Below are positions 26,310 through 39,285 of a stretch of 64,000 bases of DNA, piece after piece. How positions within the stretch are numbered: position 1 is the first letter of the stretch; each line of letters opens with the position of its first letter. Source of the stretch: Callorhinchus milii (taxonomy: Eukaryota); NCBI RefSeq assembly GCF_018977255.1, contig NW_024704742.1:62436001-62500000 (forward strand), written 5' to 3'. The translations under genes and the position numbers were made by a program. The notes under the pieces were generated by a model, which had not been told where the DNA came from, made no database searches, and worked only from the letters and a program-made list of their open reading frames with translations.

Positions 26310-27050
26310 AACTTCAACATTTAGGTCAATGCCCAAGGCAAGAGCTCCAGATTTCTGGATTGTCTGCAGCTTGTGTAGGGAGGATCTGGGGAATCTGGCG
26401 AGTAGGACATTGGCATAATCCTGACTGGAGGTGATGAAGGTGTGAATGAGGATCTCTGCAACCTAATGGGAGAGGTAGAGAGAGGCAGGAGAAGGCATGC
26501 TGCAGAAATGAGGGAAAGCAGAACCAGTGAGGGCACAGATGTAATACTTAACGGATAGTTGGAAGTTGAACAAGACCTGGAGATTCTGCACTGGCTCTGT
26601 GAAGTGGGTTGAGGACCTTTCAGGTTGATGTTGTCAGTGACCGAGGTGAGAGGGTTTCTGACAGGAGCCAAGCAAGAGATCTGTAGTCTGGTCAACGTTG
26701 AGCTTTAAAATGCTAGAACTTATCCAGTGCTTGATGTCTGACAGGGAATCGGTCTTGGAGTCAAGGGTAAAAGCAGTGAGATACAGCTAGATTTCATCTA
26801 TGTACATGTGGAAGTGAACCAGATGACAATGGATGATGTCAATGATGAGGAGCACATAGATTGTAAAGAGGAGAGGACTGAAGATAGAGCATCATGGGTG
26901 GGAAGAGCAACCATTGGTGGATATGAAAGTAAAGATGCTCGGATAGACAATAGTGAAACCAGGAAGGAAATGACAGAACCATGGAGGTGGAGCAGGGAGG
27001 AGAGATGGTGGAAAAGGATGAATTGCTTAACAATATTAAAGGCTTTCAAT
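26310..27050 (-). mobile_element. L2 RT/ORF2 fragment, old
   Basis: Degenerate FHMY.D, HHLSS.L.L.GSV and TS.LDYAN.LL motifs. Confidence 0.75.
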
Positions 27051-28495
27051 GCTATTTGACTACTGTAATAGTGCTTCCTTCAGCTTTGCAATGCATGAGC
27101 TAAAAATGAGCAAAACCAATGGGTCAGAGAGACATGAATTTGAAGAAGTTTTGACTATCTTGGATATGAGGAACAATAAATTTTAGAACTGCTATTGAAT
27201 GTGAAGTTCTTAAGCAATTCTTCCTGAGGTCCTGGATAACAATCCCCCAAATAAAATTGTTTGTGAGACATTATTGTATTATCTCACATTCTAACCAGAT
27301 GGGAATTTTGTAATGTCTTGCAACAGCAAATCAACTGCTGTTCACCTCAAAATATACAGACACTGCACTTTACAGTATATCCTGTAACTCGCTTAGAAAT
27401 GCCCTTCTATGTGAAAGGCGTTATGTCAAATGTAAAGATTATTATTTTTTATTCAAAAAGAAAAGGTAGTTTTCCAGTGCGCTGGCCAATAATCCCCCAA
27501 ATAAAATTGGTATTCATTTCATAGCTGTTTTGTAGGACATTACTGTGAGCAATAAGGCTGCTATTTTTGCCAACAAGAACAAAATTTGCTGGAGAGTTGT
27601 GGTGATTGGATAACATAGAACGATTGGATGGAACCTCTGGTTTGGCAAATTGGATTCAGTTCTGGTCACATTTCCTACATTTTAAAGCACTATGTAGTTG
27701 TGAGAAATATTAAAATGCTTGCTGAGAGTTCGGTATATCCATTGGATGTTTCCTAAGAACCATTTCCCTGTTTACCAATGTCATCCTTCATCTTCCCAAG
27801 CATCTAAACAGAAGAGTTCATCTAATTACAATCACTGCTGGTGTATTATTCTCCCCATTCTGTTGAAATTTGCAGTCCAATTTTCCTAGGGAGCATTTTT
27901 ATGGCAGCCTATAAAATCAAGTTTGCTTACATGGCTAAATATAAAAGCTTAAAATTAAACTTGTTCAAGCATAGAAATGCTGTTAAGATATAAAACCTTC
28001 TTAACACAAGGCTGGTTTTCCATTTAAATTATTGTGAACAGACACAGAATATTTAAACCAAGGGTCAATTGATCACGACAACATCCTGTTTTTGATGAGT
28101 GCAAAACAGTTGCAGTGCAATTCAGGGGAATGATTTTCAAAATGTTTCTTTATATCCAACTTTCATATTTATATCCATGTGGCATTTCAAGAGAAAATGA
28201 GCCAAAAAAAGTGTAGCATTTGTCCACCTAATTTTGTTAATGTCCAAATGATCGGTAAATTCATTGCAATGTGGTTTGATTTGTCCTTGTGCTTTGTTTT
28301 GGAGAATAGAGGTTATTGTATACATTGCTTTCATTTTGGAAAATTATCATTAATTTTTGTAGAATTTGCCCTGAATGCATCGCTGCTCTACAGGAAAATG
28401 GAAATGCACAGGGCGTGTTCTAAAGTAATGTTAACAAATTATCATACACTATTATTTGAAGTGAATAGCATCAAAGTATTTAGGAAAAAAACCTG

Positions 28496-28824
28496 ATAAT
28501 AATGATAATAATAATCCTTCCATTTGATATAGCGCTTTTCACGTCGGGAGGACGTCCCAAAGCGCTTCACAGAACACACTGTAAAGTGAAATTGACTGTA
28601 TATTTGTGGGCGAAAGCGGCAGCCAATTGCGCACAGCAATGTCCTACAAACAGTCGTGGATTGAAAATGACCAATTTATTATTGTTTTTGTTTTTTTGGA
28701 GGGTTTATTATTAGGCTCTGTGTGGAGTAAGGAAACTTGCCCAAGGTTTCGCACTGTCTGGAATTGAACTCAGGTCTCTCGCTTGCAAAGCGAGTGCTCT
28801 AACCACTGAGCTACAGGACTCCAC
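28496..28824 (-). mobile_element. SINE-A young copy
   Basis: Near-identical to the other young copies. Confidence 0.95.
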
Positions 28825-29167
28825 AATGATGGATACAAGAGGGAGAAAGGAACAGAGGAGTGTTGGTGATGGAAAAAGAATTGGTAGGGGCTTGTGTGGA
28901 GTATAACCACCAGCACAGAGTTGTTGGCCAAAAGCCCTGTTTCTGTACCACATCACTCCATGAATTCCACATAACCTCTCCACCCACCTGCAGACTGCTT
29001 ATAATGTCAAGTAGCAGAACTTGCAGCATTACAGGGTTACTCTGCACAACCACATTGTAAATGAAGCGAGGAAAACATGGAGTAATGATTTTGGAGCATG
29101 GAGCATCTCAAGGATGGAGCAAGGATCCACTCCTGTTAAAAGTACAAGCCAATCCTTAATGGGTCAG

Positions 29168-29315
29168 ATGGTCCAACTTGGACAAGCAGCGGGAAGCTTG
29201 CCAGGCAGTGCTTTCAATGGCAAACAATATGTGGTTTTAGCTGATTAAATTCAAGCAGCATTCAATCCAACTGCCCTGCTTTATCCCTATGCCTCTTCAA
29301 GCCTCTAAGTGTTAG
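29168..29315 (+). repeat. Family C variant (core plus alternative 3' segment)
   Basis: Inverted partner at 30873-31019. Confidence 0.7.
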
Positions 29316-29914
29316 ATATGCCATCAGACTGATGTCTACATGTTACCAAAGAGATCACAGTTCCATTAATTCATTCTCCAATGATCCTGTTCTCTCCAGG
29401 GCAGTCACACTAATGTCCCTGACTGGAGTTAATGGTTTGCTAATATTTTGATACAACCACTTATCATGCCGCTAAGTAAGCTCATTTTTTTTGTAACATT
29501 TACACAATCCTCCCCATAACTTACAATAATGGTGCAATAATGCTATTAAAATAGCTAGGGCATGAAATTATAGGAATCCTGATTTATTTACTCCTAAACA
29601 GTTTACATCTCCTCATTCGGTCGTTTATTTTGAAACAATAAAATGAAAGATGAAAAACTGCTCAATTCAATGTAGGGAAATGGACAACAGCTACAGCAAA
29701 AACAAACAAGAAAAAAATCACGATTATGTAAATTGTAGGGCATTTGCGCAGTGCAATTGTGGAGGGAGAGGGGTGAGAGGATGACTAGCCCACAGGCATA
29801 GGGCATGGGGTACATGGGAATTACACTCCCATCAACAGCGTGGTGGAGCTGGGTGTGCTGAGGTGTGGTGCACAAGCACAAGGCTGGCTCATAAAAGGCT
29901 TGCAAGGGATTGAT

Positions 29915-30525
29915 TAATAATAATTGCATTTATATAGTGCTCTTCGTCCGGGGTAGCATCCCGGAACGCTTCACAGTAGCAGAGTCTAACAACGAGCTGG
30001 GCAAGAGTGAGTGGGGAGGTGTCCCTAAGCACTATCAAAAAGGAAGATCTTTAGGTGGGATTTGTAAGTGGAGATTTGAGGGAGAGAGTTTCTGGGTGTA
30101 GTGGCCAAAGGCATGGCTACCGATGGTAGAATAGAGGGCACAGATGCCAAGCAGGAGGCCAGAGCCAGCCGAGCAGCAACAATGGGTGGTGGAGTGGGGG
30201 GTTAAGCAAGTCAGATAGATAGCGAGGCGTGAGGGAATGAAGTGATTTGAAAACAGTGAGAAGATCTTGAAATTGATCTGTTCCGTAATTGGGAGCCAGT
30301 GGAGCCTGGCAAGGACTGGTGTGATCGGGGTACGGAGTTTTGTGCAGGTGAGTATCCAGGTAGCGGAGTTTTTAATTAATTATTTTAAGTATGGTGGAGC
30401 TGGGGAGACTAGCGAAGAGGGTATTAGAATAGTCCAGCTTGGAAGTGATGAAGGTGTGGATGAGGGTTTTAGCTGTGTTGGTTGTGAGATACAGACGAAG
30501 GCGGGCAATGTGGAGGTGGTGAAAA
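29915..30525 (-). mobile_element. L2 3' end (~600 bp)
   Basis: FFHHLHIARLR.YLT...AKTLIHTFITSKLDYSNTL.A.LP, LHWLP, tail. Confidence 0.85.
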
Positions 30526-30872
30526 AAAGTGTTGAATTTGATATAGTACCTTATCATGTGTTTGAGACGTCTCAAAGCACTTCACAGAATATACTGTAAT
30601 GTGAATTGACTGTATATTTTTTGTGGGCGAAAGACTTTTGTGTCAAGCAGGGGGAAAACCAGAGCTAAATGCAACTGCAGTGCCCTTTACTACTGCAATT
30701 GAAGGAGTTCCCTTCTCTGGATGGAGAGGTCCAGGTCTCCCCGCTGGGATGGCTCTTTTGGTATTTCCCAGCAGAGAGGTATAAAAAGGTGTTCCTGTGC
30801 CCCAGGAAGATTGCAAGTAACAGAGGAAGGGTTGCAGGATACTGGGTAAACAAAAATGCACCCATTTAGAGG

Positions 30873-31019
30873 CCAACATTTAGAGGCTTGAAGGGATACA
30901 GGGATAAGGCAGGGCAGTGAGATTGAATACTGTTGAAGTTTAATCAGCTAAAAACGCTTAGCTTGCCATTGAAAGTGCAGTCTGGCAAGTTTCCTACTGC
31001 TTGCCCGAGTAGCACCACC
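30873..31019 (-). repeat. Family C variant
   Basis: Reverse complement of 29168-29315, with clear but imperfect identity. Confidence 0.7.
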
Positions 31020-32254
31020 CAGCCTTTTGGTTCCACATACTGAACCTTCTGCTCAGAACAAGTGCTCAATGGCTTACATCTGAACTTCATAGCGTGACTG
31101 CCCTTTTTCAATCATTTAACTAATTCCCTTTGAATACATTGCGATATGTTTACTATTATATAGAGCCTTTTACGTTGGGAGGGTGTCTCAAAGCACAAAG
31201 TGTCTCACAATCTTCCTTTGAAAAAAAATGATGAACTCTGCTTCAGTGTATGAACCTTACACAATTTTTTTGTAAAAAAATAAATGGGTCACACATTCTC
31301 TCCAATCACCCTTGGGGAAACTTGCTCAAATTACAGTTTAAATATAGATGCATACAATGCCCAAGTACAATTGAGGAACACATTAAGCCTCCACATCGTT
31401 GCCACACAAGATGATAATAAAGCCTTCTGTATAATAAATACAGGTTTGACTCTGGATTTCAATTCAGTTCTAACCAGGAACTCAGGTTAAAAAGGAATAT
31501 TCAATTATGAGTAAGGTCATCAAATCGAATATAGCCTTAACCCAATCTCCCATTGCATAGTAAATATATTCGATGACTTTGCTTGTTGTGTTGTTCTTTT
31601 TTGGCTCAAGGCATTGTTTTTCACAACAGCCTGCTTCTAACCTCTCGTAAACTGACTGCTGTGTCTGTTAGCAAAAAGCATCAGTGATTTTATGAGGAAA
31701 TTCAATGCATATGTGAGGGAAAGGGAATAGGCTGGAGAAAGAAAATTAGGATGGGCAGAGTGGAGTATGCAGTATAAAAACCCCACAGACTAGTTGGGTT
31801 GAATGGCCTATTTCAGTGCTGCACAGCCTATGTAATTCTGTGTATCTATTAAATCTGATTTTAATGAAACGTCAATATTGACAAACTTACAGGTTCCTTT
31901 ATACTCTCTTCCAACCAACAGTAGTGGTGAGTAATTATTGCCATCACAGAAAGAGATGGGTTGATGATAAAATTGGCTTGCAATCCAATTTTCCATCATG
32001 GCTTGGGTGAAAATGTTCTTAGCGGCCATTAAAATCAGTAATACTGTAATAGTAGTAGTAGTTATTACAGTGCTCAAAAGATGAATTGAAAGCTGTTCTC
32101 ATTTCCACTCAGGCTCTCCCCATCTTAAAAATATTACTGCGACAAGGTACAATATTACTCAAAAGCAGCTCAGCCACTTGGATACTTCTTAGAAATCCCT
32201 TCTAAGTGACAAGAGACTTAGCAGCATGATTTGGAACTCGTACAGCCAACGCTG

Positions 32255-32545
32255 TCATGCTGGGAAAGTGCTGCATTGTTGGAGGTGCCGACCTTCAGCT
32301 GAGACATTAAACCATGGTCCGGTCTGCCCGTTGAGGTAGACATGGCACTATTTGAAAAAGAAAAGTGAGTTTCTCCTAATGTCCTGGCCAACAATCCCCT
32401 GTTTATGCAATATTGCTGTATGCAAATTGGGTCCTCCTTCGCCTACAAAAATACACAGTGAGCCTACTTCTCAGTATATATCCTGTGAAGCACTTTGAGA
32501 TGTCCAGCTGATGTGAAAGGCGCTATAACAAATGTAAGGATTATG
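32255..32545 (+). mobile_element. SINE-B, headless
   Basis: gtgctgcattgttggaggtgcc...tcctggccaac...gtgaaaggcgctata. Confidence 0.75.
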
Positions 32546-32987
32546 ATTTATCATTTTCCCGCCACCCATTTAAGGCTCTTAATGTGTTTTTTTCACATTC
32601 CAACAAGAATCCATAGGATTAACACGTAAACTGGGAATTATTCTTCGTAATGGGAAATAATGTTATTGACTGCTGCTACAGCTAAAGTGTATTCATTCTT
32701 TTTCAGCTTTACTGCCTTTCTACCCCCGCCCTGAGTGTATTATTTCTAAGCTTCCCTCTGTGTGTGCTTCCTTCACTAAAAATGACTTTTTAAAAATATA
32801 TTAAACATCTGGTGTGTTCTGTGAATCTGCTTGTGCCTAAATTAGTGGACAAACTGACCTTGATAGGGGTCTGGGCAGTGAGTGACTGTGAGGCACTGCA
32901 CATTGTCTGACTAGTGGCTTCAACATTATAGCTTGGGCAGGAAGCTCAGATTGCCGTATCCACTGTACTTAGGATACGCATGTTGAG

Positions 32988-33327
32988 ATGCATTTGACAT
33001 ATTACCTTATTCCGTTGTTCAGATGCCCCAAAGTGCTTCACAAAATATACTGTGAAGTGAATGGACTGTATATTTTGTGGGCAAAACATGACAGCCAATT
33101 GCATAGAGCAATGTCCCACAAACAGTCGTGGATTGAGCGACCAAATTATTATTATTTATTTATTTGAAGGGATTATTATCGCCGGAAAGCGACCCGCCAA
33201 TCGACTAACAGCTGGGTTGCCGTGGAGTGAGGAATCATGCCCAAGCTTTCGCCCTACCCTGTAATCGAACCTGGGTCTTCCCACTTTGCGAGATGAGTGC
33301 TCTAACCACTATGCTACAGGACTCCAC
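32988..33327 (-). mobile_element. SINE-A long form
   Basis: Ends gctctaaccactatgctacaggactccac (head on the minus strand). Confidence 0.85.
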
Positions 33328-33991
33328 AAGAAAGCCTTTTGTCAAATACTTCTACAAGGAATGCTTTCCTAGCTCAGCAGTATGAATGAAGTAATGATAG
33401 ACAAGTGGGAGTGAATAACTGAGGGTAGGCAGATTGATTGAAGGACAAAACCTCAAGTTGAGTTGCTCAATCAAATTCAGCGCTTAATTACAAACTATTA
33501 TATTCCCAACGTCTTCCTGATCTCTTATTATTCAATAGTTTTTTTTTACTTTTGAAGAATATTTAAATAAATACTTTATAGAGCATTACAAAATAAATCT
33601 TCCTATACGCCTTTGGGGTTCCAATTCTTTTTGAAGCAGTTCAATGTGGTCAGAGACAGTAGTGCAAAATGACAGCTTTATTAATGCAATCTGAGTACCA
33701 CTGTTAAATTATTTTTCATATAGCAGGTTATGAAAACATCTATCAGAGAAGATGCTGTCAGCATTAATACATTTGCTCTTTCATATCGCTGCCTTTGACC
33801 CACCTGAGCTGCTTCAGACACTGGTCCCTAATGGATAGTCGTGTGTGGGTGTTCTCAATTTGCTGCAAATGTCCTTCAATCGAAAATTGACCGCAGTCAT
33901 GTGACAGATGTCAGGTAACCCACCGTAGTGCAATCAAATGAAGTGCCTTTGGATATGTGCGTATGCTATAGTGTGCTGTGAGAGCTTGGAT

Positions 33992-34140
33992 TCACAGAAT
34001 CATGGAATATTACAGCACAGAAGGAGGCCATTCAGCCCATTATGCCTGTGCCGGCTTTTTGAAAGAGCTAACAATTAGTCCCACTCTCACGCTTTTTGCC
34101 AAAGACTTTCCATTTTTTCCTTTTCAAGTGTATGTCCAAT
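33992..34140 (-). mobile_element. CR1 3' tail
   Basis: acagaatcatggaa...cagcacagaaggaggccattcagccc. Confidence 0.7.
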
Positions 34141-34350
34141 TTTTCCAAGGTTGGATGTGTGATACACATGCACACACACACATGTGTCCACTATCATGGG
34201 CCTGATTTTTTAACCTGTTGGGAGGCGTGAAGGGAGGTGTCCTGGCCAACAATCATCTGAATAAAATTGGTCATTCACTTTGGGTTGTTTTTCAGACAGT
34301 GCTGCAAGGAAATTGGCTGCCCCATTGGCCTACAAACACAGTCATTATAC

Positions 34351-35962
34351 AACAACAACAAGATTCCATTTATAGAGCGCCTTTCATGTCGGAAGGACGT
34401 CCCAAGGCGCTGTACAGTTGGGTCAGGACCCGAGCAGGAGGGAAATGGTCAGGGTGAGGGGAGGGAAGGGAGGGAGCGAGGAGGGGGTAGAGAGTCGAGA
34501 GGGGAGCTGAAGGCACGGTCAAAGAGAAAGGTCATGAGACCGGCCTTGAAGGAGGAAAGGGAGGAAGCGGCGAAGGCACTGGGGGATGGAGTTTCAGAGC
34601 CTAGGGGCTGAGAGGCTGAAGGCCCGGCCACCGATGGTAGGGCATTTAGGGCAGGGGATGTGGAGCAGACCGGAGCCAGAGGAACGGAGGGTACAGGCAG
34701 GTAGGTAGGGGGATAGTAGGTCGGAGAGGTAGGAGGGAGCGAGGCCATGAATGGCCTTGTAGGTGAGGATGAGGATCTTGAATTCGATCCTCTGGGGGAT
34801 GGGGAGCCAGTGGAGGCGAGCGAGGGTGGGAGTGATGTGGTCGCGAAGCCTGATGCGGGACAGTACACGAGCTGCAGAGTTCTGAATGACCTGCAGTGTG
34901 GAGGGAGGTGCCGGGAAGGCCGGCGAGGAGAGAGATCTCATAGTCCAGCCTTGAGGTGATAAAGGCGTGGACCAGAGTTTCAGCAGTGTGAGGGGTGAGA
35001 TAGTGCTGTAGTCTGGCGATGTTCCGGAGGTGATGGAAGGCGGTGCCAGTTGTGGCGCTGATATGAGGGAGAAAGGACAGCTCAGGGTCGAACAGAACAC
35101 CGAGGTTCCTGACTGACTTTGAGAGGTGGAGAGTGCAGCCTTGGATGCTGATGCTGTCAGCGCCTGAGATGCAGAGGCGCTGACATGAGCCAATCAGGAG
35201 GGCCTCAGTTTTGCGCACGTTGAGCTGAAGAAAGTTGTCTCTCGTCCAGGACTCGATGTCGGACAGGCAGCTGTCAGGACATCGGTGGTCGTGGAGTTGA
35301 GGGTAGAGGAGGAAAGGTAGAGTTGGGTGTCATCCGCATACATGTGGAAGTTAACCCCATGTCTGCGGATGATGTCACCGAGGGGGAGCATGTAGAGGGT
35401 GAAGAGGAGGGGACTGAGGACAGAGCCCTGAGGGACACCGCACAAGACAGTGCGGGGGCTGGAGGAAAAGCCGTTAGTGGAAACAAAATGAAGATGGTGG
35501 GAGAGGTACGACCTAAACCACTCAAAGACAGGGCCTTGAAGGTTGAGGTGGGAGGACAAGCGGTGGAGGAGGATAGCGTGGTCGACCATATCGAATGCTG
35601 CCGATAGGTCGAGGAGGACGAGGAGGCAGAGGGAGCCCTGGTCGCAGATGGTCAAGATGTCATTGGTGACCTTGACCAGGGTGGTTTCTGTGCTATGGGC
35701 AGCACGGAAACCCGACTGAAGTGGTTCGAATAATGAATGGGTGGAGAGGAAAGAGCGCAGCTGGGAGGCGACAACCCTTTCAAGGACCTTGGACAGGAAG
35801 GGGAGGTTGGAGATGGGCCGGTAGCTTGATAGCTGCGACGCATCAAGGGAGGGTTTTTTCAAGGTGGGAGTGATGGTGGCAGTTTTTAGGGGAATGGGAA
35901 CAGAGCCAGAGGAGAGGGACAGGTTGATGATGTCTGTGATAAGTGGGGCAAGGAGGTGGAGC
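34351..35962 (-). mobile_element. L2 LINE, 1.6 kb, 5'-truncated, best-preserved RT region; inserted into a SINE tail
   Basis: [66 protein letters not shown] at 34345-34350 and 35963-35968; at least two frameshifts. Confidence 0.95.
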
Positions 35963-36680
35963 TTATACTTTACAGTGATTCCTGTGAAGGGTTTTGACGA
36001 TCTGGTAAGGTGCTACATCAAATGTAAGCTTTGTTGTTGTCATTACTTCCTTGTGAGAATTGACAAGGAAGCCAATATAAAGCATAGTTACCTTCTTCCG
36101 TACAGTCATGGGGGGGTGAGGGGTGTGGGAATAGATTGATTACTCTCTCATGGTAATGCCTTAATAATAATATGACTGGCTTTTACTGAAAAGTGTAGTT
36201 ACTAGATTTTGTAGGTGAACCCTTAAATAGATTGAGCAAAACCAAAGACCCCTAATCATCTGCAAAAACTTCACAAAGCACCAACAAGCAAACATGACCA
36301 TGAATTGCTAAGCATCCAAATGGCTTTTCAGTTACATCGTGACGGGAATATCCAAGTCCAAGGTTTGGGCTATCCTGCTTAAAAGACTAGGCTTAGTTTG
36401 AGCTCAAACCAAAAAGATTCTGTGCAGTGCTCAGAGAGCCACATTGCATCCAAGCAGCAAAGCATTGGCAAAGGCTGATAGTTGTGATTTAATGAAAGAT
36501 GTGCTGCAGCATTAATCAAAATACTTTGGAAGATGGAAGAATTAGGCAGCTGGCAGTCAAAAGGATCGGGAAGCAAATTTTCGTCAACATTTACTTTCAC
36601 ACTTACTTACTCCCAAGGCCAGCAGATCAATTTTAGTTCAAAAACACCAGGAAGCATTTATTTTCACAAAGGGCAATCAA

Positions 36681-38589
36681 CAACAACGACTTGCACTTAT
36701 ATAGCGCCCTCACACAGGGTAGCATCTCTTAACAGTGGCAGAGCCTGACTCCAAGCCAGGGGGGAAGAGGGAGGTGGCTGTAAGCATGGTCGAACAGGAA
36801 AGCCTTCAGGCGGGACTTGAAAGAGGGAAGAGACGGGCCAAGGCGAAGAGATTGAGGGAGAGTGTTGCAGAGTTTTGGGGCACAGTGACTGAAAGCACGA
36901 CCTCCGATGGTGGGCAGAGCGTGCGAGGGATGAGCAAGAAGCTGGTGCCAGTTGAGCGGAGGCACCGGGTGGTGGATTGGGGAGTGAGGAAGTTGGAGAG
37001 GTAGGGAGGTGCCAGGGAGTGAATGGATTTGAACACGAGAGAAGTCGATCCATTCGGTGTTGGGGAGCCAATGGAGCCTGGCCAGAACTGGTGAGATGTG
37101 GTTACGGAGTTCAGTTCGGGTCAGTATGTGGGCAGCAGAGTTCTAAATGAGCTGGATCTTGTGAATGGTGGAGCTGGGTAAACTGGCGAGGAGTGTGTTT
37201 GAGTAATCCAGGCAGGAGGTGACAAACCATGCACAAAGGTTTTATCTGCATTTGGGTTAAGATACAGGTGGAGGCGGGCAATGTGGCAGAGGTAGAAAAA
37301 GGTGGTCCTGGTCAGGTACTGGATGTGGAGGAGGAAGGACAGTTGGGCGTCAAACCGGACACCTAGGTTGCTCACTGGTTTGGTGAGTCTGAAGGAGAGC
37401 TCGGGGAGGTTGAGGAGTTCAGATCTGCAGGAGTGAAGACGTTGACGGGAGCCAAGGAGTTTGGCTTCCGTCTTGTCCATATTCAGCCGCAGGAAGTTTA
37501 CACTCATCCAGGCCCTGATGTCTGCCAGACAAGCTGATAGAACATTGCTGGACCTGGAGTTGGTACTGGAGGAGGCAAAGTAGATTTGGGTGTCATCCGC
37601 ATACATGTGAAAGTTTACCCTGTGTCTGCGGATGACATCGCCCAGAGGGAGCGTATAGATAAGGAAAAGAAGAGGGCCAAGGATGGAGCCCTGGGGTCCC
37701 CGCAGGTGACGAGGCGGGGGCGGGAGGAGAAATCATTTACTGAGATGAAATGGAGGCGGTTGGTTAAATAGGACTCGAACCAAGCAAGTGCTGTCCCACT
37801 AAAATAGATGAGGGAGGAGAGCCAATGGCGGAGGATGATGTGGTCGACTGTGTCGAATGCAGCAGAGAGATCCAGGAGGACTAGGAGGCAGAAAGAAGCC
37901 TGGTCACAGATAGAGAAGATGTCATTTGTGACTTTGACAAACGTTATCTCTGTGCTGTGGGCAAGGTCAAAACCAGACTGCAGGGGCTCGAGGAGGAAGT
38001 GGAGGGAGAGGTGTAACCCAAGTTGACCTGCAACAATGTGTTCCAGGACTTTGGCAAGGAAGGGTAGGTTGGAGATGGGATGGTAGTGTGAGAGATTAGA
38101 GGGATCGAGGGTAGTTTTTTTGAGGAGGGGTGTGATGACAGCGGTTTTCAGGGGGAGTGAAACAGAGCTTGAGGAGACAGACTGGTTGACAATGTCGGCC
38201 ATCAGGGGGGAGAGAAAGAGGAGTTGAGTGACCAACAGCTGGGTAGGGAGGGGGTCAAGTTAGCAAGTGGTGAACTTCATCCAGGTGATTGTGGTTGAGA
38301 GGGAGTAGGGAGAAATGGGGTCAAAGGAGTGTAAGGAGGGATGAGTGGCAGGAGTGGTGACGGAGGGAGAAGGCGGTCTGGATGGTCTGGGTGGGGTGGA
38401 AGGGACATGAGTGGGGGAGGAGAACGATGCAGCCAAATGGATGTTTTCAATTTTTGAGGCAAAGAAGTCTAGGACCTCTTCGCACTTGGCATTTGATGTG
38501 AGGATAGAGGGGGGTTGAGGAGGTGCATGGAGGAGGTGATGGACGGTGGAAAACAGCATGTTTGGATTGTGGTTTGTCTTCAAACAATC
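36681..38589 (-). mobile_element. L2 LINE, ~1.9 kb, 5'-truncated, different subfamily
   Basis: KTAVITPLLKK..LDP...[30 protein letters not shown]; candidate TSD CAATCAA at 36674-36680 and 38590-38596. Confidence 0.93.
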
Positions 38590-38869
38590 CAATCAATGTC
38601 TAGAACAGATTACCAGGAAACAGCTCTATGCCATATTAGAAGTATCAAACAGTGGGTGTTCTGGAAATTCTGGCTTAATTTGAAATGTGTGCTTCCAAAT
38701 TAGGATCAAATTTAGGAACTTTCCAAAATTTTACGCAATCTTAAATGTTAAGATTATGGTATTAAAGCTAAGATCAAGTACATTTTTGGACTTCTGGTTT
38801 GTTTAGTTTAGTGGCCTTACCCACAAGGCTATAGGAGGTTACTTATATGTGTGCTGAACTGTAGCCTGT

Positions 38870-39285
38870 GTGGCAGACTGGCTCACTTGATAGTACTGAG
38901 ACAGAATGTTGTGGGTTCAAGCCCCACGCTGGGACTTCTAGTTCATAGTCTAGGCTGATACTCCAGTTTATTGCTTGTAGGAGTTCAGCATTGTTGAAGG
39001 TGCCGTCCTTCAAATGAGGTCTGCCTGTTCAGGTGTACTTTAAAGATCCCATGGCATGATTTGAAAAAGAGATGAGAGTTTCTCCTTGTGCCTTGACCAC
39101 CAATTTCCCAAATGAATAACAAAGGTTGTTCACTTCATGGCTGTATATGGAACACTGCTAAGCATATATTGCCTCCTATGTTTGCCCACAATATACAAGT
39201 CACTAAACTTTTTAATGGATCCTGTGAAGTGCTTTAAGACATCCTCCTAATGTGAAAAGTGCTGTATTAAATGCAAAGATATTAT
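38870..39285 (+). mobile_element. SINE-B, near full length
   Basis: A/B-box head, body and L2-type tail. Confidence 0.82.

Noticed and set aside
31808..32077. Short ORFs in unique sequence (also 1112-1396, 15880-16140, 39843-40205, 63353-63541)
   Set aside because: No recognisable domains, no convincing splice-site pairs, and lengths compatible with chance
35194..35862. 222-aa RT ORF as a functional, domesticated or retron-like gene
   Set aside because: Part of a 5'-truncated, frameshifted L2 with tail and TSD; no endonuclease domain or ORF1
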